Source: Auanema rhodensis (lineage: Eukaryota > Animalia > Nematoda). Taken from it: a stretch of DNA of 64,000 bases. Of this stretch, positions 58,201-64,000 are shown piece after piece. A program made the position numbers and the translations under genes. Below the pieces are notes generated by a model, which saw nothing but the letters and a program-made list of their open reading frames with translations, was not told where the DNA came from and made no database searches. Position 1 is the stretch's first letter. Each line of letters begins with the position of its first letter. The stretch covers positions 9,300,001 through 9,364,000 of the forward strand of contig OZ059897.1 in assembly GCA_964057225.1 (NCBI GenBank), given 5' to 3'.

Positions 58201-60975
58201 TGTAGGGTCTACCATACGTCTTCCTTTAATTAGAGGAATAATTTGTGTAATTCCTGGATTACTCATAAGTGGTCTTAAAAATGGATATGGACAAATTCGA
58301 AGCGTGTACGTTTCAAAATCTTCAACTTCATTTATTCTATCCTGATCGAATGGGAATGAGCATTTTGTAGAAGTTGCGCGTTTAGGTCTTTTGAACGGCA
58401 ATTTCTTAAATTCTCGTTCAATTAGGAGTGTGATATTGTTATCATTAGGATATTTGGGGAATGTTATATAATTTCCTGATGTTGTATGGAATGCTGGTTG
58501 TCTAAAGCAGGATGCAATTGGTTTTGGTGTTATTTTACTCGAAAGGATAAGCGCTGATTGTGTACTTGGAATCAAAATAGTTTCTTTGCTTATTATAGCA
58601 TCGTAGTAATGCATATCGATATAATTACAACGGGAATCCGATGTTTGGGGATCCCATATAATTATTGATGTATTTGATTTGCAATTACCATGATGAGCAC
58701 TACAACCTTCAGTGTTTAGTATTAAATTGGATAATATTGTATCATCGGGCATGCGGGTCATGACTCCGCGCTCTAGTACTAAACGCGGCCGCTCCTCGCA
58801 CTCGTCGCGGCTAAACGCGCGCGCCGGATCATAGGAGGGCTTTGGGGTTGCTTGTGCTATACTATCGATTCTCTCCAGCTCCATGTTATTCCATTTGCGA
58901 TCGCGAATCGCCTGCCTGCACTCGTGCGCCGCTATAGGCTGCACCCTATCGATTGTTCTGTTTGTGTCGCGGAGGAATAACAAATCGCGTACACACAGCT
59001 TGTGTACTTCCTTCGAGCAGCGCCACGCGTCCCACTCGTGAGCCGTGTGGTTTCGCGTGTATAAATGGATTTGTGTACGTAGCACATGATTTGTTTCTGT
59101 TAATTTACATTTCTTTACTACTGGTGGAACTAATAAGGCTCCTCCAGTTGCTTTTGTGCAAATTTGATATGAAGTTACACATGGCAGGAAAATTGCTACT
59201 GTGATTGCCATTACAACCGTTAGTGATAACGGTGAAAGGGTCACAGAGTTAATTCGTGGTGTGCTTCTATCTCGTCCTCTTGATTGATCTCTTTGATTGT
59301 TAAAATGGACTCTTCTTTGTCCGTTATGTTCATTAGTCCTTCCTCTTCTACTATTGTTTGAAGGATTAAAATTGTTTGAATGCCAGTTGTTATTAAATCG
59401 TCCCGAATTTCGTTCATAATTATTGTTACGGCGATAATTAGCAAAAGAGCCGTTACGATTTTGGTTGTTATTATATTTTGAAAAGTTTTTATTTTTCTGA
59501 TAATTTTGATAATTATGATAATTTTTATTGTTTTGGTTATCACGTGGATAATTACGGTCGAAATTTCGGTTATCTCGTCTCTCGTTTGTGCGCGCGAAAG
59601 GAGCTAGTGCTTTGTTTACAGCATTGACTAGCATGGACTGCGTGTCTGTTGTCTGGTTCATTATCGATTCTTCCCAGCGAGCGGCCTCAATCGCATCCGT
59701 GAAGGATTTTGGCTTCGCTCGAATCACAGCTGGTTTCAGAGTATTTTTCAGTCCTCTGAGGAAAGTTGATCTTAATATGTGATCTTTGTGAGGGTCATCC
59801 GTGGCAAAAGCGCTTAGTGCAATCGTTCTCAGTGATTGAGCGTAAGCGTCAATTGTCAGATCCCCTTGGGTTGTATTTTGGAGATTGATTAGCGCGGGGT
59901 CCTGATTATATTCAGGACACAGCTTAGATGTTAAAGCTCTTAACAGGTCATTCCATGAACCGGTGGTTTTTAATTGTTCAGGTACTTGCCTGTACGCTTC
60001 TTCCGCTGCTTCGTTTTTAAGAAGCAAAGGTAGAAGGGCTAATCTCTCCGGGATTACCAGACCTACAGCGTTGGCAAATAGGTTGAATTTAGCCGTGAAA
60101 TCTCGAAAGTTGCGACTGCCATCATAAGTTGGGCAGTAGGGTGATAACAAGGCTTGCGCTATGGTAGTTTTCCCTGCCCCAGGTAAAGAAGGTTCAGTTG
60201 CCATATTATTTGTACGGGCAGATGGCATTTTTATCACTCTGCCTGTTGTTAATGAGTTCTCAGACACAGGGGTTGTGTGTACTGAGCGGCTGGGTTGGTT
60301 TGGTGCTTTTGAACTTCCTGTTGTTGTATTTGGTAAAATTGGGGTTGAAGTTTGGTTATCAGTAATAGCAAGATGTGTATGTTCGGGTGGTTGTATGGGA
60401 GATAAATTAATGTTTGGAACCGACGAGTATCTATTCGTGTGGCTGGTGTTCAAGTTTCGATCTTTTGGTGAACGATTGAAGAGATCAGAAACTATGTTTT
60501 TAAAAGTTTGTAAACCGCCTGCACTAGTAGTGGCTACTGAAGGTGAAACTGTTGGTTCAGGGATGGACAGAGAGAGAGATGCGTCCGATTTGCTTGAGTT
60601 TTTATTTTTATTTTTCTTATTTTTATTTGAATTAGAGGAGCGTACCTTTTTAGCAGTAACTGGTGTTTGTTCTTCCACTATGATGGATGTTTCTTCTCCT
60701 CCTGGTGGTACGTAATCCTCGTCGCTTAATCGTTCAGTAGGTGAATAAGTGCCTGCACGAGGAGTAAAGAACTTGTCGGTTTTGTGCTCGGCTTTCTGCT
60801 CGTCTTCGATTATAGCGATGCTTTGTGCGCGAGCTCGGCTTCTGGTGAGTGGAGCTGAGTCTCGCAGATCAAAATCAGTTCGTGTACTGAGAGGTACAGC
60901 TGATCGGAATCGCTTATCCACTTTGGTAGCGCTCTTGGTTTGGAAAAACCTTGAGTGTTTAGTAACGTGGGGGAT
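52237..60975 (-). CDS. Element 2 single-frame Gag-Env(gB-like)-PR-RT-RH-IN polyprotein (~2912 aa from the inferred AUC start)
   Basis: Capsid domain; N/R-rich NC-like region; signal peptide ~59170-59241; RPKR 58378-58389; CEIQNRYLELW; TM ~56140-56215; LWDSGS 55870-55878; YLDD 54538-54549; RNase H; IN with HHCC, the D-D-E triad (HMDIMGP, ITDRG, VERL) and GPF. ORF track starts at GTG 60921; first ATG is 60228. Confidence 0.95.
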   Translation of the reverse strand: MPHVTKHSRFFQTKSATKVDKRFRSAVPLSTRTDFDLRDSAPLTRSRARAQSIAIIEDEQKAEHKTDKFFTPRAGTYSPTERLSDEDYVPPGGEETSIIVEEQTPVTAKKVRSSNSNKNKKNKNKNSSKSDASLSLSIPEPTVSPSVATTSAGGLQTFKNIVSDLFNRSPKDRNLNTSHTNRYSSVPNINLSPIQPPEHTHLAITDNQTSTPILPNTTTGSSKAPNQPSRSVHTTPVSENSLTTGRVIKMPSARTNNMATEPSLPGAGKTTIAQALLSPYCPTYDGSRNFRDFTAKFNLFANAVGLVIPERLALLPLLLKNEAAEEAYRQVPEQLKTTGSWNDLLRALTSKLCPEYNQDPALINLQNTTQGDLTIDAYAQSLRTIALSAFATDDPHKDHILRSTFLRGLKNTLKPAVIRAKPKSFTDAIEAARWEESIMNQTTDTQSMLVNAVNKALAPFARTNERRDNRNFDRNYPRDNQNNKNYHNYQNYQKNKNFSKYNNNQNRNGSFANYRRNNNYERNSGRFNNNWHSNNFNPSNNSRRGRTNEHNGQRRVHFNNQRDQSRGRDRSTPRINSVTLSPLSLTVVMAITVAIFLPCVTSYQICTKATGGALLVPPVVKKCKLTETNHVLRTQIHLYTRNHTAHEWDAWRCSKEVHKLCVRDLLFLRDTNRTIDRVQPIAAHECRQAIRDRKWNNMELERIDSIAQATPKPSYDPARAFSRDECEERPRLVLERGVMTRMPDDTILSNLILNTEGCSAHHGNCKSNTSIIIWDPQTSDSRCNYIDMHYYDAIISKETILIPSTQSALILSSKITPKPIASCFRQPAFHTTSGNYITFPKYPNDNNITLLIEREFKKLPFKRPKRATSTKCSFPFDQDRINEVEDFETYTLRICPYPFLRPLMSNPGITQIIPLIKGRRMVDPTYSLKEWIIAHRENFEFFFKIQIYEKSLRHFLKQYDFRDKDEAILQYVAQRELALATKAGISYLTSRQLLQQISDRLTVIEFDRLIRTKEGTYRERAETIALDLANTPVIIEDKLTVPSRQEILKAFVKMPPIRKQLLTDQEERNSKFIKDTIDLVHELKTLVTLRRNKTAADIDDIKFINLPSSRMFVLDTDKLFYDIKNNFGIPIGPHPKLIEPNNISKDLLLEIFLPLLNDNILPNTSSRISSEQLKRLMTEKIHLKSLQTTTRAPSNAAGGAAEMAALPIIDREALITTDPAILPQTSTSPRAAAATTARAPSLMAQPETTARHTTATTTARATISTRTPPTTILYAVHQDQQIPIMEETTYTPISLIRKHRASSTPTATDIESVQANAQYIATKVDSEQQFRQNITSRIAQDHLQYATTMIQEELQKHFKESYESICEIQNRYLELWRSILQIEPTIAMRTILGREDIAARFVGSEILHIHVCPVVLQKTIYHNHTVNGTCYLETPVLTQEGQLLFAAPGSKDLLPHGKEINCDHVPTDVWSTDGEWKGINGTVDVSLISMWDGLHHEKITPLKFTGAHLYTNLSSRVYSMTTAIAYGASLASIRQNHVLHTIHHDPKISSAFSILKKSSDYISKANEFTKSTWNSFVDTIAGTIERTLITIGAITIIVVILIVLAFVAKIYFFKPIGMQVMHIELRDQTNDLPTYEETLELVSQPDQPIPRNIMKQYYPSFLTLVPLAMPIVCSVSNRKDQTLPLLLMTVNDRLILTLWDSGSSISYIRLSTLHYLTLNDFVKKDKSVATTANGSEFRFLGTIDLTVEIAGYEIDHTFFISRDEDCPSPALSGLDFMKTLDRQNIGMKLRPFKQTLEIGNRVVPLANGNNGNIRKTSFAINLINLNPQCIFPHQTCRIPVRLAEPISHNEVAVLQPDEEKTISTTYETAFRDVNSITMPFKNNTDHPIDLSPGNIIDKAKIGVLPQYEIFTTEHNPDYIPPEADWENKLPHFPQDFMNDLDLKDADLTKEQKDLLQLCILRNRDAFLNEDKQIGLFKGPVEHSIPLRTDMDMPRPRITRIPIGKQEEVERQVQEMLKQNIIEPSTSLFNSPVVLVKKKDETFRFVTDFRALNNVTRKQTYIIPNISDIVDMAAGSQYFSNFDLVSGFFQIALKESDRPLTAFTTNTGTYQYRRMPMGLCGAPHTFQTAVRYLQSRCKCRLFVYLDDLLVISDTAEQHLDDIAEILREVKKLGMKIKLKKCVFARPEVKFLGLIVGRDGVKPDPQKVSAIQDYPAPKSPTGVRAFLGMVGFFRKFIKDFAHIASPLYDLTKLDVEFQWNDKSQQAVDTLKRKLIQAPVLKPPRSDRMFIIESDGSNIAVGAVLLQPEDPNEPLKNLHPIAFASRKLVKAERNYAPIEIEALGLVYALAQFRTYILGSHTICITDHRPLTSLLTRRDLFGRLAKFQLVIQEYDIEIRYREGRLNKVCDALSRYIGDEANDPKPEKKKKTKEIPKAQINFVNVPDIRAIQEDTPWIKRTIAEIEYRAKKNMLSNDRYCVIDNMLYTKPSRKRPHPALILPRESELINKVIEEFHEDPAIGAHQGINKTKEAILRRFCWTNMQTDIAIFVKQCVKCAQRKKDPHAMTVQPMGQFEIPSKPFERIHMDIMGPFPTSKRNNNYVLTIQDSFSKWATTIAIPTIVTDVIIDRFLRNFVYIFGPPNRLITDRGSNFVSKKFEEMCEKLGIKHEPTLPHQKNSNGQVERLHRTLEEGLTHYLNEDVTDWDMYLPKITFALNTITHATTGISPYIALFGKESRMRLDKELFPETLQPEILEEIENTEYIRGERRTIIQENLAKHQETAKRKHDGRQRIEERDIRKGDQVMLAIKAHKPGQKLRKSYDGPFEVINVEGNMVQLKNPFGKIQDVHKDNLKLFERKMEHTIAQNTRSNTTTYDTDDDSDIEIIKVINGNDNYDSTEETEPEDPSDQNWLPPRRRR

Positions 60976-62317
60976 TTTGAGACGTTAATGAGTGTTATGG
61001 ATAAGGAGTTTTGGAAAAGGGGTGAGAAAGCTGTGAGTAACTGGTTTGTATAGTCGGCGTTAAGGAATGAATCTAAGTTGTGGCCTTTAACAGAGATCCG
61101 CCTACTACCGTATGAAAATTTGGACTTTGTTCGCTTTCCAATTTAATATTCTTAAATGTATATAATTCAACCAGTTTGTATATGTTCAAAAAATGTTCAG
61201 TGCTTACTTGATTGATGCCTGAGCAATCTCATTAGTCCTTATTCCCATTTTTTTTCTTTTTCTGACGATTCTGATCTTCTTGGACTCACGAGTGATCGAA
61301 AATGCCACGAAAATGGACTTTGGTAAATGTTCAAAGGATTTTAGCGGTTTTCATAATGTACATTCGTAATAGCATTACTCTTTTAAGGAAGCAATTTGGA
61401 AAACGAATGAGTACCGTAGTCCCATCATGATCAGAAATCTAGTTTTAAAATTATGGCTAGGAATAGATGACTAAAGATTACAATAACTATATTTAAAGAA
61501 TTATGGTGTTTAGGAATGAGTCTTATGCTTCAAAACAACAATAACGGTATGAGGAAGGTGACATATAGTAAGGGGAGAAAATCCAAACTGATATGCTTAA
61601 GCCAACACGACCTGATAGACAATCACTAATAATAATTCAGTTCGTAAAATTGTACAGGATTTTTCGGACTATAGCGATCTTAAAATTCACTTTTCATAAT
61701 ATTCCTCCCATTTAGGTGAGGTTTCCCGTGTAAATTCAATGCGTTATCAAAATATTTTCGGATGTTAATGGCAAAAAGTTGTCTGAACAGAAATGTAACG
61801 CAAAATAAAATAGTCCTGATCGCAAAATATGAAATAATCTCAATTTGGTGCGCAAAATTGTTTCATCCACAAAAATAAAGAAATAACCGTGGCTATTCTT
61901 TCCTCGAAGCCAAAATCAATCCTTAAAAGGGGAAAGTGTGGGCATAAATCTCAATAAAAATTATCCTTGGGTGAATTTGTTCACTAATTCATCCTAGGGT
62001 CCTCAAAAATGCTTCGAGTTCGGGTAACAGAGTATTTGATGTTAACAGCAAGGATATAAAAATTGTTGGGTTCAGACAGACAGAAAATTGTGAACAAACG
62101 GGAAAATATAACTTCAGTTTCAAAAAATATAAAATCCATCTCCAAAAGGAGTGGTCCTTGCATCTGTTCCCTTTTAAACGTTGTTGGCCCCACCGTATTG
62201 TGTTAAGACATGGAGTAGATGGTGTAGAGATATAAGAGAATTCAGATTCAATGAAATGTAGTAAAAATAACGAAATATAAGAGAAAATAGTCAAGAAATC
62301 AAGATAAAAATGTTCGA

Positions 62318-62330
62318 GGTGGAACCTCCA
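62318..62330 (-). promoter_or_regulatory. Element 2 primer-binding site (tRNA-Gln)
   Basis: Sense TGGAGGTTCCACC abutting the 5' LTR, identical to element 1. Confidence 0.88.
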
Positions 62331-62667
62331 CGTTCCGTTATGCTCTCACATCGATCCTATAGACCAATAAAGCCTACAAGATGAGTGTGATAGTATTCCA
62401 GATGTAGCGGTAGATAAAGAGCATAATGGATAAACATAAGACTCGAGAAAGAAAGGTTTATTATGTCTACATGATTACAATACGTTATATAAGTCTACAT
62501 AAAGATATAAAGTGAAAGAGAGCTAAGAAAGGAAGACCAACCATCCATAGTCATTCCATAAGGCAAAGCTGAAGTCTGTGTTCCATATGAAGGGCGTGTC
62601 GTCCTCTCTCAGCCTCATGTCGTCTGATTCTAACCCGCCTGCTACGCATTGATTTCCGAATGGAACG
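62331..62667 (-). repeat. Element 2 5' LTR (337 bp)
   Basis: Direct repeat of 51204-51540. Confidence 0.97.
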
Positions 62668-62739
62668 GCATAAAGATCCAGTAGAAAATTACCTTTGCTC
62701 CGAGCATCTAAATGCTTCAATACAATATTAGAAATCACA

Positions 62740-64000
62740 GCCCGGTTAGCTCAGTCGGTAGAGCACCAGACTCTTAATCTGGCTGTCGCGGGTTCGAGCC
62801 CCGCATCGGGCTTCAAGTTTTACCTTTTATTTGAAATTTGAAAGTTTATTTTGAAAATTCATTTCTAACCTCTTTCTGATCAGATAGAATTCTGTAGATG
62901 TAACATTGTTTCAGTTCTTAGAACTCTGTTTAAGTGTTTTCAAACTTTGTATAGATAACAAGAAAAATAAAATGATAGAGATAGAACACTTCTAAGATCT
63001 TGATCTAAGGTTTTTCTGACGGACTGAGCCATTAGAACCAAAGATTACAAGAATTATTCTGATTTCACCTGCATAAAGATCCAGTAGAAAATTACATTAT
63101 GCTCTGAACATCTAAATGATTCAATACAATATTAGAAATCACAGCCCGGTTAGCTCAGTCGGTAGAGCACCACACTCTTAATCTGGCTGTCGCGGGTTCG
63201 AGCCCCGCATCGGGCTTTAAGTTTTACCTTTTATTTGAAATTATAACGTTTATTTTGAAAATTCATTTCTAACCTCTTTCTGATCAGATAGAATTCTGTG
63301 GATGTAACTATGCTTCTGCCCTTTGAACTTTGTTTAAGTGTTTTCAAACTTTGTTTAGATAACAAGAAAAATAAAATGATAGAGATAGAACACTTCTAAG
63401 ATCTCGATCCAAAATATTCCCGACGGACTGAGCCATTAGAACCAAAGATTACAAGAATTATTCTGATTTCACCTGCATAAATATCCAGTAGAAAATTACG
63501 TTATGCTCCGAGCATCTAAATGATTCAATACAATATTAGAAATCACAGCCCGGTTAGCTCAGTCGGTAGAGCACCAGACTCTTAATCTGGCTGTCGCGGG
63601 TTCGAGCCCCGCATCGGGCTTTAAGTTTTACCTTTTATTTGAAATTATAACGTTTATTTTGAAAATTCATTTCTAACCTCTTTCTGATCAGATAGAATTC
63701 TGTGGATGTAACATTGCTTCTGCCCTTTGAACTTTGTTTAAGTGTTTTCAAACTCTGTTTAGATAACAAGAAAAATGAAATGATAGAGATAGAACACTTC
63801 TAAGATCTCGATCCAAAATATTCCCGACGGACTGCGTCATTAGAACCAAAGATTACAAGAATTATTCTGATTTCACCTGCATAAAGATCCAGTACAAAAT
63901 TACGTTATGCTCTGAACATCTAAATGATTCAATACAATATTAGAAATCACAGCCCGGTTAGCTCAGTCGGTAGAGCACCAGACTCTTAATCTGGCTGTCG
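62740..64000 (+). tRNA. tRNA-Lys(CUU) x3 plus 1 copy truncated by the window end (array segment 3)
   Basis: Starts: 62740, 63144, 63548, 63952 (partial). Confidence 0.97.

Larger units (their letters stand above)
51204..62667 (-). mobile_element. Element 2: env-bearing Ty3/Gypsy LTR retroelement, 11464 bp, apparently intact
   Basis: Identical 337-bp LTRs; 4-bp TSD GCAT (51200-51203 and 62668-62671) within cacctGCATaaag; PBS and PPT; one uninterrupted ~2900-codon ORF. Confidence 0.97.
20180..64000 (+). repeat. Tandem array of ~403/404-bp units (73-bp tRNA-Lys gene + ~330-bp AT-rich spacer), interrupted by two LTR elements and continuing past the window end
   Basis: Near-identical units are directly visible in three segments: ~20180-31390, 43376-51203 and 62668-64000. 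Confidence 0.98.

Noticed and set aside
61302-61474. Small + strand ORF or possible spliced mini-gene in the element 2 leader
   Set aside because: Only 35-42 codons, no similarity to the element 1 antisense gene, and expected by chance.
20180-64000. Array as a CRISPR-like repeat-spacer locus
   Set aside because: Spacers are near-identical rather than unique, the repeat is a canonical tRNA gene, the DNA is eukaryotic, and there are no cas genes.

Overview
Eukaryotic, AT-rich DNA with short GT-AG introns; the gene families suggest a nematode. Positions 1-20 kb hold ordinary host genes: the 3' part of mitochondrial DNA polymerase gamma, a serpentine chemoreceptor, an MFSD13A-like transporter, a secreted helical protein and three poorly resolved genes. 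From ~20.2 kb to the window end runs a head-to-tail array of ~403/404-bp units, each carrying one tRNA-Lys(CUU) gene (50 complete copies plus 1 truncated). Two young, related but distinct Ty3/Gypsy LTR retroelements interrupt the array on the minus strand (31391-43375 and 51204-62667), each inserted in spacer DNA ~70 bp from a tRNA gene with a 4-bp target-site duplication. The main finding is their architecture. One reading frame encodes Gag, an internal signal peptide, a herpesvirus-gB-like (class III) envelope glycoprotein with a TM anchor, and then PR-RT-RH-IN, so env sits in frame between gag and pol. Further unusual traits are CG...CG LTR termini, a multipartite tRNA-Gln primer site, a probable AUC start, covarying crossed helices in the leader, structured 3' UTRs, and a spliced antisense accessory gene in element 1. 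Element 2 looks intact with identical LTRs. Element 1 has a frameshifting deletion in integrase. All homology calls were made by eye from recalled motifs; no searches were run.
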